Made by a program: the position numbers and the translations under genes. Under the pieces are notes generated by a model. It worked only from the letters and a program-made list of their open reading frames with translations. It had not been told where the DNA came from and ran no database searches. Shown here piece by piece: positions 44,570 through 55,594 of a stretch of 64,000 nucleotides of DNA; position 1 is the first letter of the stretch; every line of letters starts with the position of its first letter. The stretch covers positions 2,350,850-2,414,849 of the forward strand of contig CAXVYR010000004.1 of the NCBI GenBank assembly GCA_963666975.2, read 5' to 3'. Source of the DNA: Terriglobia bacterium. Lineage in GTDB: Bacteria; Acidobacteriota; Terriglobia; 2-12-FULL-54-10.

Positions 44570-44915
44570 CTCTGTCCAGTTGAGGCATACCCTAATCTAA
44601 CGTCAGGGACGGTGCGCTGAGGCGACAGTATAGGGTTGTAATCTGTATTGATGGACACATCCCGTTCAGGGTTAAAGAGTTCTTCCTGACAGACTGGATT
44701 CAGGAGAACGCCATGCACGGTCACCGCATCGGCTACGTCCGGGTGAGCAGCTTCGACCAGAACCCGGAACGCCAACTCGAGCATGTCCCGGCCGATCGGC
44801 TTTTTACCGACAAGGCCTCGGGTAAGGACAGGCAGCGTCCGGAACTGGAAAGGTTGCTGGCCTTCGCGCGCGAGGGCGACACAGTGGTGGTGCACAGCAT
44901 GGACCGGCTATCGCG
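44570..44915 (+). pseudogene. tnpR: Tn21/Tn501-type res site and 5' fragment of resolvase
   Basis: TTGAGGCATACCCTAA res motif; MHGHRIGYVRVSSFDQNPERQLE...GDTVVVHSMDRL then breaks. Confidence 0.8.
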
Positions 44916-45219
44916 CACCTCGAAAGGCCTTTTTCGCGCACACGCACCCCATTGTCTGATGTGCGCCTGCCGATCGATACAGAACCTCCTTTAACGACTT
45001 GACCAGACCGAGTCTCGCAGTAAGGACAAGCACCACCAGCGTAATCCCCACCGTCACAATGGCCATGATTTCTCCGCTCATGCTCCATCCAGCAGTTTGC
45101 TCATTCTCTCACGTGCCCAGCCTCGGGTCCCAGCAGGATTAAGAGTCTGGGATCTCAGAAGTCTAGCCTCCGGTGCCGGCTGCTCGGTAGGCCAGGGCTC
45201 TATAAGGGCGCTACGTTCG

Positions 45220-45282
45220 TGTTGACCTCCTCACCGGCCTTGAGCCGGTCCAGGTAGTTGGCCCATTCTTGCATCATCAACG
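45220..45282 (-). pseudogene. C-terminal scrap of a P4-type integrase
   Basis: LMMQEWANYLDRLKAG. Confidence 0.5.
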
Positions 45283-45401
45283 GGCCGAGGCTCTTCCCAC
45301 AAAGGACTAAGACGACGACATCACAAAGCGACTGGTCGGCGCGACTTCAACTCATCTACAGATTCCGAAGCCGATCCTGATTTGCCTTTAGCGATCGCTC
45401 G

Positions 45402-45762
45402 GGCGTTGTTGCGTAATTCGCGCTCGCGGCGAACCGGGCCGAGAAGCTCATCCGCCTCAGTACACGCGCTCCGATCGTGGCATTCCAAGCTCCGCCATCC
45501 GGTTCAGCACAGCGCACTTGATCGCGGCTTCGACTTTTTGGTTCTTGACCGTGCGGGCCGAGGGGCTTACCCCGAGTATCGCCTTGTACCGTGAGACCGC
45601 ATTCTCCGCCACGCTCTGGCGAGTGCAGCCACTCGACTTCCGCCACTCATAACGGCCCTGCGTCCTAATACGCCGGAGATGGGTATCACGCATCGCACGC
45701 CACGGAGGCGGATGAGAGTCTCGGCTGCATCGTGCATTGCGTCGCGGCAAGATCGTCACGAT
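45402..45762 (-). mobile_element. IS5-family (IS903 group) 3' remnant
   Basis: WRKSSG...SVAENAVSRYK...VLNRMAELGMP; end GGCGTTGTTG. Confidence 0.75.
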
Positions 45763-45881
45763 GGTATTGTCAAGTTGAGGCTGACGGGTGTTTCTGATGC
45801 CCAGCATGGCGCGTTCAAGACGGGCTGGAGCCCAGTATCTTGGGGGTCGATCGACTAGCTTTTCGTCAACTTGACAATGCC
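45763..45881. mobile_element. IS6-derived MITE (119 bp)
   Basis: GGTATTGTCAAGTT...AACTTGACAATGCC termini. Confidence 0.7.
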
Positions 45882-46334
45882 CCGGAAAGAGTACAAGCGC
45901 GTCAACGGCCCCTATACGCTCTACATGATCCACCGGCGAAACATCCAAGAACCGAGGATGTAGAGAACGACACCCACACCGAGCGCCTGATTGAATTCCC
46001 CGCCGGAGCGAACCCAAAGAAAAGCAGCGCCCGCCGATACGGAAGGCACAAGGACGGATCCCAAGAGGGAGACCCCGACCGCGCTCTGGAAGCTCCGCTC
46101 CCGGTGACGCATCCGATTGATGATCCAGAGCACCAGGAGGACCGTGGTCGCTGAGATAGCCACGCCTAAGATCGCGTCGTGCGTCCCTTTCGCGATCGTC
46201 GTTTCGCGGATGGTTCCGCGAAACGATGCCTGGCAAGGACCAGCTAAGGCAAAGCGAGTGACAGCCGCCGCTAGGCGAGGGATACGCGGTCTGGCGCGTG
46301 ATTTGGCCGAAGGCGGAAAGGGAAAACCCCGACC

Positions 46335-46890
46335 GTTAGCAGCGATCGGGTTTTTGTGCCGACCCGAAAAACGACCAAACATCCTCCGTAGATAAGATCG
46401 AACGTGCCAAGCCGAGTCGCGGGTGGCCAGTCCCGCCGGAAGGGCGGCGATGGGGACCCGCGAAGAGCCCCTGCGCCAACGGTTTTGCCGGGGTGTCGGC
46501 TGTGGCGCGGTGTTCTGGATCTGCCGTCATTGTGACCGGGGCCACCGATACTGCAGCGACCGATGCCGGCGGAAAGCACGGCGGCAACAACTGAGAGCCA
46601 CCAACCGGCGGCACCAGCAAAGCCGGGAGGGACGGCTCGATCACCGCGACCGGCAACGGGCCTACCGGGAACGCTGCCGCCGCCGCGTGACGGATCATAC
46701 TTCCCCCGCCAACTTCGATTCGGACAGTATCGTGGCAGCGGAGCCTTCCCGGTCCGAAAACGGATCGGGAAGCGTCTCCGGGGAGGTTCGATATGCCGAG
46801 AGCGCCGAATTTGAACCCGCCTGCATCATCTGCGGCCGCACCTGGGGGTCTGCGCCCCTCAAGCGGCCTTCACTTCTTGATGGGCGCTAG
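46335..46890 (+). mobile_element. Probable IS21-family left end with Cys-rich accessory ORF; istAB absent
   Basis: GTTAGCAGCGATCGGGTTTTTGTGCCGACCCGAAAAACGACCA end-like sequence; CRGVGC...CRHCDRGHRYCSDRC ORF. Confidence 0.45.
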
Positions 46891-46911
46891 CAACCAAGAG
46901 AGGGAGAAACC

Positions 46912-47106
46912 ATGATTCCAAAAAAGGACGAGAACGGCGAGAAGTACGCCACGGCCACGACGGAGGCTGAATTTCACGAGGCGCTGAATCGAGGGCTCGC
47001 GGTTGAACTGACGCGGGAACTGGCGGAGCGGATCGGAGTGCCTATGAACGAGGACGTGGGCGCCGTGGCCGAGATCGACCAGGCGCGACACGACCGCCAC
47101 GACTAG
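46912..47106 (+). CDS. Small hypothetical protein upstream of ardC
   Basis: 64-aa ORF with GGAG RBS. Confidence 0.5.
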   Translation: MIPKKDENGEKYATATTEAEFHEALNRGLAVELTRELAERIGVPMNEDVGAVAEIDQARHDRHD

Positions 47107-47121
47107 GAACGGAGGCGCACT

Positions 47122-47894
47122 ATGGCGAAGAAATCCTTTTGGCAGCGCGGGGAAGACTACGCCGAGAAAGTCAGCGAGGAACTCATCGAACAGATCAAGG
47201 CGGGTGTTGCACCCTGGCAGAAGCCGTGGAAGCCGGGGGAGCAGAGCAGCCCGGAGAACCTCTCGACCGGCAAACCCTACACGGGCGGCAACAGCCTCTA
47301 CCTGATGAGCAGGGGCATCCGCCAGGGCCACGGCGATAACCGTTGGGGCACCTACAACCAGATCAGAGAAGCGGGCGGGCAGGTTCGCAAAGGCGAGAAA
47401 GGGACGCAGGTCTTGTTTTTCACGGATCGGACGGCGCGAACCGCAAAGGACGAGCAGGGCAAGGTGCTCAAGGACAAGGACGGCAACACGATCTACGAAG
47501 AAGAGCAGCGGGGAAAGCCGATTTGTAAGCAGTACACGGTGTTCAACGTCGAGCAAGCCGATGGATTGGAGTTGAAGCCGCGACCGGCGCAAGCGCGGCC
47601 CGAATGGGACGCCCACCGCGATGCGGAGAAGGTGATTGAGGCCAGCGGGCCGAGGGTCGAGCACGTCCCCGGAGATCGGGCCTACTATCGGATCGCCGAG
47701 GATAAGGTGGTGCTCCCGGAGCCGAGGCAGTTCCCGACGCGCAACGGCTACTACCAGACGACGCTGCATGAATGCGGTCACTCGACCGGGCACCCGGAGC
47801 GCATGAACCGCGACACGCTCAAAGAAGGACTGGACAAGGGCTTTGGATCGCCGGAGTACGCCCGCGAGGAATTGCGAGCCGAGATCAGCGCCAT
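47122..47894 (+). pseudogene. ardC: ArdC anti-restriction protein, 5' part
   Basis: PWQKPW, YTGGN, WGTYNQ, VRKGEK, VFNVEQ, LHECGHSTGH and YAREELRAE motifs. Confidence 0.9.
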
Positions 47895-48008
47895 AACGGA
47901 CAAATAGAATCCACTGAAGTTTATATTCGTCCAGATAAGTCCATAACTAACTATATAATAAGTATATTATGGACGTTATGCGGAGGCTTGAGTGGCTCAC
48001 GACGTCCC

Positions 48009-48037
48009 TTGAAATCCACGGCTATCTCCTATATAAT
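48009..48037 (+). promoter_or_regulatory. sigma70 promoter of the island integrase
   Basis: TTGAAA-17-TATAAT, with ATG 7 nt downstream. Confidence 0.7.
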
Positions 48038-48043
48038 GAGGGG

Positions 48044-49276
48044 ATGCTTACTGTAAAGAACACACCCAAATTACCACGTAATACCAAGCCCCGAGGCCGC
48101 CATCCCGACAAGGCCCTGTCGGCTGCCTGCGTGCGTACGGTTGCGCCGGGACGGCACGCGGACGGAAATGGCTTGTACCTCTTCGTTCAGCCTAGCGGAA
48201 CCCGGAGCTGGATTCAGCGGCTCGTCGTTCGCAAACGCCGCCGCGAGCTCGGACTCGGCAGCGTCGCTCTGGTTTCGCTCGCCGAGGCCCGCGAAAAGGC
48301 TCTCTCCAACCGCAAGCTGGCCCGCGAGGGCGGCGACCCGCTCGCCGAGAAGCGCCGCGCCCAGGGCGTGCCCAGTTTCGCCGAAGCCGCCGCACGCGTG
48401 CTGGAACAGCAGCAGACCGGCTGGCGCGATCCGAATTACCCGAAGGTCTGGCTGAGCAACATGGAACGCTACGCCTTTCCGCGCATCGGGAAGATGCCGG
48501 TCTCGGAGGTGACCAGCGCCGATCTGTTGGATATCCTCACGCCCATCTGGCACGTGAAGGCGTCCACGGCTCGGTGCGTGCGCCAGCGCATCCGCGCGGT
48601 GTTGGAATGGGCCGTGGCGATGGAGTTCCGCATTGACAACCCCTGTGACCGGATTGTCCCCGTGCTCGGCGCACAACACGACGTCGTCGAACACATGCGG
48701 GCCTTACCCCATCGCGACGTGGCGGCGGCCATCGAGACGGTACGAGCGTCGGGGACGGAAACCGTGGCCAAGCTGGCATGCGAGTTCCTGGTGCTGACGG
48801 CGGCGCGGTGGAACGAGGTGCGCGAGGCCGTGTGGAGCGAAATCGATCGGACGGCCCGCGTATGGACGGTTCCCGCCACCAGGATGAAGGCGAAGCGTGA
48901 GCATCGGGTGCCGCTGTGTGGCCGCGCCATGGAGATTCTCGACGCGGCATGGGCGCTTGACGACGGAGCCAGTTCGTTCGTTTTCACCATCGGGGACGGG
49001 CAACCGCTTTTCGAAAAGCAGGTGCGCCGCCTGCTCCGTAAACTGGGTATCGGTGCCGTACCCCATGGATTTCGATCCAGCTTCCGGGACTGGGCAGCCG
49101 AGGAGACGGATCATCCCCGAGAAGTGATCGAGGCGGCCTTGGCGCACGTGGTCCGGAACAAGGTCGAGGCGGCCTACGCCCGCTCGGACCTCTTTGAGCG
49201 ACGGCGTATCCTAATGAACGACTGGGCGCGTTACCTGGCCCAAGGGACCACGAAGGATTCGGAGTCCTTAAGATAA
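48044..49276 (+). CDS. P4-like tyrosine integrase (arm-binding DUF4102 type)
   Basis: DGNGLYL, LGLGS...VSLAEAR, TAARWNE, RMKAKREH, HGFRSSFRDW and LAH...AAY motifs. Confidence 0.93.
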   Translation: MLTVKNTPKLPRNTKPRGRHPDKALSAACVRTVAPGRHADGNGLYLFVQPSGTRSWIQRLVVRKRRRELGLGSVALVSLAEAREKALSNRKLAREGGDPLAEKRRAQGVPSFAEAAARVLEQQQTGWRDPNYPKVWLSNMERYAFPRIGKMPVSEVTSADLLDILTPIWHVKASTARCVRQRIRAVLEWAVAMEFRIDNPCDRIVPVLGAQHDVVEHMRALPHRDVAAAIETVRASGTETVAKLACEFLVLTAARWNEVREAVWSEIDRTARVWTVPATRMKAKREHRVPLCGRAMEILDAAWALDDGASSFVFTIGDGQPLFEKQVRRLLRKLGIGAVPHGFRSSFRDWAAEETDHPREVIEAALAHVVRNKVEAAYARSDLFERRRILMNDWARYLAQGTTKDSESLR

Positions 49277-49443
49277 CATGGGCCGAAGCCATCCGGCGGG
49301 GAGACCCGAACAGAATGCGGCCAGCCCAGCGATGAATGTCCAGAGGCGTGCATCCCAGGAAGGAGAGATCATCCATCGTGATCCAGCCGCGCCGAAAGTT
49401 TCCTGACCGAGAACGATGTGCAGACGCCCGCTATCTACTCCAG

Positions 49444-49990
49444 TTAGCCAGTGTCGTTCTGCTGTCCGCAGTAGTGAAGCCGCAGAGCCTGAAGAGCTAC
49501 GATAGCTTCTTCAAGAAGTCGTCGGCCTGCTTCGGTCTTACTTGACGACTGAATCCCAAGTCTTGCGACGATCTTATCGTAGCCAGCGCCTTTCCGGTGG
49601 GCCGAACCAGTAGAGCGGAGAGTCTGGAGGTCTCTCAGAAACTGTACAACCAACTGACGTTCAAGAAACTGTGTCGCCTCCAGAAATCCCGCAAGTTTCC
49701 CGATGCCCTTGGTGCCCTTCTCCAGATCGTTTGCCTTGGCCGCCAATTCCCGTTCGTTCAACGAGTCTACAAGGAGCTTCGTCAGGTGACTAATCTGCTC
49801 GTCCAACTCAGCTTGGGAATTTGTAACCGGCACGCGAATCGTTTCCAGGAGGTGCTTATCCCCGGGCGCGGGCAGCAGAAATAGTGGCCATCCTTGTGCC
49901 CTCTCCCACTCAATCATGAGATCCGAGTATTAATGGCGAAACCTTAGATCGGGTGCTTTCGCGTCTACGGGCTGAGGAGCGTATTCGGAT
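49444..49990 (-). pseudogene. C-terminal fragment of a hypothetical protein
   Basis: ORF 49444-49917; 5' end lost at the IS630 scrap. Confidence 0.4.
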
Positions 49991-50100
49991 CTGGAAGAAG
50001 AAGACCGGGCCCGCCGTTAAAACAAGCCAGCCGGGAAGGCCTCATGATCGTCTTCGTCGACGAAAGCGGATTGAGCCAGCGGCCGCATCATTGCCGGACC
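49990..50100 (+). mobile_element. IS630-family internal fragment
   Basis: REGLMIVFVDESGLSQRPHHCRT. Confidence 0.6.
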
Positions 50101-50521
50101 CGATGGCGCCGAAAATTGCCACTCCGGTATAGAGGCTGCGCTCCGGGATAATGAGCCAGGAAGGGTTGCGCGATTCGACGGCTTTGACCGGGTGATGAAC
50201 CTCCCCAACAACGATCGACGGCCCGGCGTCTTTTGCGGGATTCGGAGGCCACGTTGGTAGCATTCCAATGTTCGGCATAGCGATGCCCCAAGACTCAAAC
50301 CAGACCCGCCAGACCGTGATGAGAAACAGTCCGCCGACGATGATGGCGGCGGCTGGCGCGATGTAGTACCACCAGACGATCCAGGTGTAGAAGTTGGGGG
50401 TGTGATAGAGCACCAGGTCGAGCATTGGATCGTCGCCGGGCAAGGGGAAAGGCCGGTAGATGAAACCCCAAGCGGAGCAGCCAAGCCCAGCGACTATCAG
50501 GATCGGATGGCGTATTTTCAT
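50095..50521 (-). pseudogene. Type IV coupling protein (TraD/VirD4-like) N-terminal fragment
   Basis: Two TM helices, then IPERSLYTGVAIFGAIGSG (Walker A start), broken at the IS630 scrap. Confidence 0.65.
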
Positions 50522-50590
50522 GGGGCTTGCCTGCGGCGCCTCAGCGCCCGCTTGGGGTTAGGGTTCGGAGCCTTCCCGCAGGGATAAATC

Positions 50591-50760
50591 AGACGAGAGC
50601 GACCCCCAAAAAAGGGGGGGCAGGGTATGCCACAAAGCCTGCCACAAACCCCTTTTCCTGTTTGCCGACCGGCAAAAAGGGGCCTCGGCTCAGGGCATAC
50701 CCCGATGCCGCTACTTCTGGCGCTGGATAGAGCGGCAAAAAAGGGGGGTCGCTCTCGTCT
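50591..50760. repeat. Nested inverted-repeat region (candidate oriT or ssDNA origin)
   Basis: 17-bp perfect IR 50591-50607/50744-50760 enclosing further IRs. Confidence 0.6.
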
Positions 50761-51185
50761 TTCTCCGTGCCCCTACTTCTGGCGCTGGATGGCCTGGTAG
50801 TAGCAGGCAAACACAAGCGAGGCAAAGATATAGACAAGATTGGTATGCCACATACTGAGCCACATACCATGCCACAAACACCCCCTTATATAAGTGGCAC
50901 AAAAGATCGGTACGGCCACCGTTCACGGCAGGCGTAAAAACCGTCTGTCTCGGTAACGATATCTGGAGTTCCATTGCTGCCGTTCACTAGACTGTTTCCT
51001 GCGCAAACTCAAGCGGTCAGAAACCCACGTCTCGAAGCCGTCAATGGTGGCTCCGGGGCCGCTCGACTTGGGTAGGTCTTTCAGTTCCATCAATCTGTCT
51101 GAGATTGCCTCGACCCCTCCGTACTTCGATATGATCCGCATGTCCACATTGATCAGCGCGTCCTCGATGTACTTGATTTCCGCCT

Positions 51186-51965
51186 TCACGTCAGGATCGT
51201 TCCGGCTCGGTCCATCTGCCCGCTGACTGGGAGGAACGTGCTCTGCTCACCCGCTCGGCTGCTCCACGTCTTTAGCGCCGCCTCGGCCCGGATTGTGGCT
51301 GTGTGGTCTGCGCCGATTACCACGACATGGACCTCGATGCATTTCAACCGCAAAGCCCGCCAAAGCCACTCATGCGCCGCACCCCAGGAACGCAGTTCGG
51401 TGTCGGTGTATTTGCCCGGATCGACGTAGATAAAAGTGGCGGTCCGGGAATCAGCCGCGATGGGCAGTTTCAGGGCAAAGTATCTGGTTTGTGACCCCAC
51501 GGCTCCCAGATAGACCCGGTGGGGCAAGCGCCTGCGGTCGATGCCAAGTAAATCGAAGAAAGCGACCTTTTCCTGCTCGGTGGGAAGCCAGGGAAGCTGC
51601 GGGTGTTCCAGAACGTAGTCGAGCGAGAGCAACCGCCGGAGCATGACGGAATAATCCGCATCCCGGCGGTGCCGGACGTTCTCAGTTCCTAGCGCCCGGT
51701 AAATCTCTTTGTTGGATATCCGGCACGCCTTTGCGCCGCCTCGCTTGTTAGGCAGAGCATCCTCTACGGCAAGCCCGTGCTTCACCATGTCGCGTACGAA
51801 TCGCAATGCTCGCTTTCGATCCGACACGGCATCGAAGAAGTAACAGAATTGAGCCCTCGTGAACACACCGCTATGCAGACAGACCAGGGCGATCCACTCC
51901 GCCTCGCGGCCCTTCCAGCCGAAAGGCTCTAACGACTTTTCTCGATCATGAAGATGCTCGATCAT
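51186..51965 (-). CDS. Conserved-looking ICE protein (wHTH-like N-terminus; possible relaxase/replication factor)
   Basis: EAEWIALVCLHSGVFTRAQF...RRLLSLDYVL...WLPTEQEKV; context next to a T4CP fragment. Confidence 0.55.
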   Translation of the reverse strand: MIEHLHDREKSLEPFGWKGREAEWIALVCLHSGVFTRAQFCYFFDAVSDRKRALRFVRDMVKHGLAVEDALPNKRGGAKACRISNKEIYRALGTENVRHRRDADYSVMLRRLLSLDYVLEHPQLPWLPTEQEKVAFFDLLGIDRRRLPHRVYLGAVGSQTRYFALKLPIAADSRTATFIYVDPGKYTDTELRSWGAAHEWLWRALRLKCIEVHVVVIGADHTATIRAEAALKTWSSRAGEQSTFLPVSGQMDRAGTILT

Positions 51966-52109
51966 TGCTACCCGCCGCCTACCGGATTTCGTCTGCCGTT
52001 CCAACATCTCCTTTTTTGTGGGTTGCCTTCCTAATCCTTAGCTATTTATCATACTGTCCAGCAGGTGCAACTAATAAGATTCGAGGCTGTGTCCACGGCT
52101 TCGGCGCTG

Positions 52110-52331
52110 AGGAGATCGCGCGGCGTGACCTTCGAACTGCCGACACGAAGTCTCGGCCGCAGCGATGTGAAGTTTCAGATCAAGCGCGATGGTGAGACGT
52201 TCGGAACCATGACGATATTGAATGGGTCCGTGGTTTGGTTTCCCAAGGGTGTTTCCTACGGCTGCCGCATGAAATGGAAACAGTTCAACGAATTGATGCA
52301 GAGGGAAGCCAAGCAATTTGAAAAGCGATGA
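52110..52331 (+). CDS. Small hypothetical protein (start uncertain or truncated)
   Basis: VTFELPTRSLGRSDVKFQIKRDGETFG... within ORF 52065-52331. Confidence 0.4.
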   Translation, partial: RRSRGVTFELPTRSLGRSDVKFQIKRDGETFGTMTILNGSVVWFPKGVSYGCRMKWKQFNELMQREAKQFEKR

Positions 52332-52439
52332 TCGCCGGGTGCCCAATCGTCGCCCCCATTTTCCACTACCAACTCTGGAGGAGAGAGGCTAGAGGAAACC
52401 GCCTCCGCCAGATCCCCCGCAAGCTCCTCTAGTTGCATT

Positions 52440-52620
52440 GCCTTCGACTCCTTCAACAACGGCTTGCCCGCATCCTTCAACTTCTTGTTCAGTGGTCTCT
52501 TTTTTCCTCCAACTTCACGGGCTGCACGCAGTAGAAGTCGAAGAGTTCCTCCAGAGTGTCTAGAAGTCTTATAGCCTCGTCAGGATCGGCTTCGATCACT
52601 TCGCCGGGGGGTGTGTTCTT
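52440..52620 (-). pseudogene. DUF4145-like C-terminal remnant
   Basis: EADPDEAIRLLDTLEELFDFYCVQP...NKKLKDAGKP. Confidence 0.4.
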
Positions 52621-52866
52621 GAGCTGCTTTCGTTCTCTCACCGAGGGCTTTACTATGCGGGTTGGTGGACCAGGAATCGAAACGGGCCAATCACAACTCG
52701 CCTCGAAAGGCGCGATGAAGCATGAACTAAAAGAGGGCGTCCAAGCGGCGAGGGGGGAACGCGGCACTAGCCCACGCTGAGGCATTATTGCGTGAGATCA
52801 CGGACGAGATCAAATTCCAATTCCTTCAATCTCCTCTTGGCTCGAAACTTCGCTAAGTTCACTACA

Positions 52867-55594
52867 TCAATCAGTCCTGGACCGTGCAGAGAGAACTTCC
52901 CCTTTGTATTCCCTGAAGCCTGCGAGCAATTGTTTGAACGAGGCAGGCTTGTATTTCTCAAAGCTCTCCTCGTCCACGTAAGCAAAGTCGTATTCCGCGT
53001 CCGCCTGTGCTCGGTTGATGTCTTCGCACCATTGCCGTAGCCGTTGCATCTTCAGTGGAACGTCAAGTTCTTCCCGGCCTTTGGTTTCCACAATGAAAAT
53101 CCGCTTGGCGGACAGCTTGACCAGAAAATCCGGGTAGTAGTTGGAGATGTCGCCGTCAGCATTCACATAATCCAGTTTGAAGCGTACCGCCAGATAATTC
53201 TTGGCGTAGGAAACCACGTCGCTGCAATCTTCCAGGAAGCTGGCAAACAGCAGTTCAAAATGGCTGTCCCCAATGATCTTGTTAAAGACGCTCTTTTTCG
53301 GAATAAGGTAGCCCTGATCTTTGGCTACGAAGGGCCGTGTCTGCCGCAGCTTGATGGTGTCCCGGATTTCGGCGTCGCCTTTGTCCTGCACGGTGAGCGC
53401 GTTGATCGCCTTCTTGAACGTTTCGATCAGGGTTTTGGTAGCGGCTAGTTCCGACAAGTTGCGCAGGGTGTTGGAGGTCTCCAGTTCCACAGGGACGGTC
53501 AAACAACTGCTCTTGCACAAACGCTTTGACCTTCCCGTACAGTACATCGTAACCGCTGACCAGCCGCAAATCCTTCATCAGGGTCTGCGCGAAAGTAGCC
53601 GATCACACTGCGGTAATCGGCAATGCCCGCCGTGTCGAGGATAGTGGTATGCGTCACCTCGCTGGTAGTGATGTCCTTGAAGACGATCTCCCTCTGTTCT
53701 TCCTCGCTGAAATGTTGGTAGGTCACGCGCTGATGCCCCAGGGCGCTCTCGTTCAGGTTGCTCAGGTTCTTGTATTCCCGATAGGCGCGCGGCGTAAGCA
53801 CGGGGATTTCAATGTCCAACGCCTCAATGTCTTTCTTGTCGTTTTCCTTGTCAATCTCCACTACCAACGGGGTCTTTGCCCCGGTGCCTTCGCCCATCGG
53901 CTTGCGTTCCAGCACCACGCCTTCTGCCTGAATGGATTCCACGAAAGTCCATGAAGGCATCCGTGCCGACCACGCTGACATATTCCTCCAGGCCGCCGGG
54001 ATACATTTTCCGCAGGCCGCGTCCCTAGGGTTTGTTCAGGCAGGATGTTGCTGGGGGCCGAATACGCTCGCAGCCCTACTATGGTGGTGACGTTCCGCAC
54101 GTCCCAGCCTTCTTTCAGCACCATCACCGAGATGATTGCCTTGTAGGGGCTGTCCAGCCCGTCAATCGAGTTGGCTTGATCGCGCAGTTTATCCAAATCT
54201 TCTTTGTTCTTGCCTGACGTTGATTCGGAAATCTCGCCATTATTCTTTGTGTGGATGACCAGCACGGCGTCTTTCAGATCGGGGTAGTGGCCTTCGAGGT
54301 ATTCGGCCACGTCGTCGCAGTTGCGAGTGTCATCGGTCATCACGAACAAGATGGCTTTCTTGCCCATCTTTTCGTGCTCGGCATACGCCTTGCGCCACTC
54401 GATTACGCCCAGGTGAATGTAATCGGCGTATTTCTCGGTGTACTTGGCGCTCTTCTGTTCCGTCAACTTGGCGCGGCTGGCGGCGTCGGGCAGCACCGGA
54501 TGCTTGACCACGTTTTGCGAGATGGCTTCCACCAGCGGGTAATCGGCGACGGTCTGCACGAAAATCGCGCCGTTGTTGTGCTTGGGCGTAGCGGTCACGT
54601 CCACTTGCAGGGAAAGGGCCGACCCTTTTTGCTTCAGGCGGTTGTGAATGTCTTCGATGGATTTGAACCATGCCATGCGCGGGTCGTGAATATGGTGGGC
54701 CTCGTCGTTCAATACCATCAGTTCATCGATGTCGCGCACGATCATGCCCAAATCCACTTTGGAATCGGTGGTCGCGCCAGTGGGCCGCTTGCCCAGAAAG
54801 TAATCCTTCGTGTCATCATCATCGGGCGATGTGGGAGTGTCGTCCCCGGCATAGACGCGGTGGATGTTGGTCAGGAATATGTTACCGGTGGGGCGGGTTA
54901 TGCGCACCTCGTCCTGCCGGTGCAGGGTCAGTTGAAAATCGTCGCGCCAGTTGCGCCCGTCCACGCCGTTGTCCGGCAGCACCGGGTCCGCAAAGAAGAT
55001 GCGCAGACCGTTGAAATCCTTGTAGATGCGGTCCAGCACGATAATGTTGGGCGCAATCACCAGGAAGTTGCGGGACAGCTCCGACTCCGGCTCATACAGC
55101 TTGTGGAAGAAACTCCAGGCCAGCACCAGGCTTAGCAGCTTGGTTTTGCCTGTGCCGGTCGCCATTTTCGCTACAAAGCGTCGCCAGGTCTCGTCAAACA
55201 TGCCCGTGGAAACCGCGCCGGCACTGTCGAAACGCATCAGGTCGTACTTGTCCTGCACGCCCACCACGTCGTACAGATAGACGATAGTCTCCAGCGCCTC
55301 GCGCTGGGCGAAGTAATACTGGAACTCGGCCAGCGTTTCCAGTGAAGCCCCGTCAGTTTGGGGGAGTAGGTGTGGCGTGTTGAACCACCAGTTGAGCAGG
55401 CTCTTGCTGGTGTCGCTCGCCCCCACGTAACCGCTTTCCCGCCATTCCTTCACTTTTTTGCGCAGTTGCGGCACCAGCGGCGGCATCAGCTTTTCAGAGA
55501 TGGAATCCCGCAGGCCTTCATCCGCCGGAAACCAACGGATAGACGGGTCGAGGATGGCATAGGGCGATTCGGGGAAGTTGGAATGGAGGGCCAT
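52867..55594 (-). pseudogene. res: Type III restriction enzyme Res subunit with about four +1 frameshifts
   Basis: KMATGTGKT, NDEAHH, TATP, LKEGWDV and EQTLG/RGLR helicase motifs; C-terminal YYPDF...IVETKG nuclease. Confidence 0.88.
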
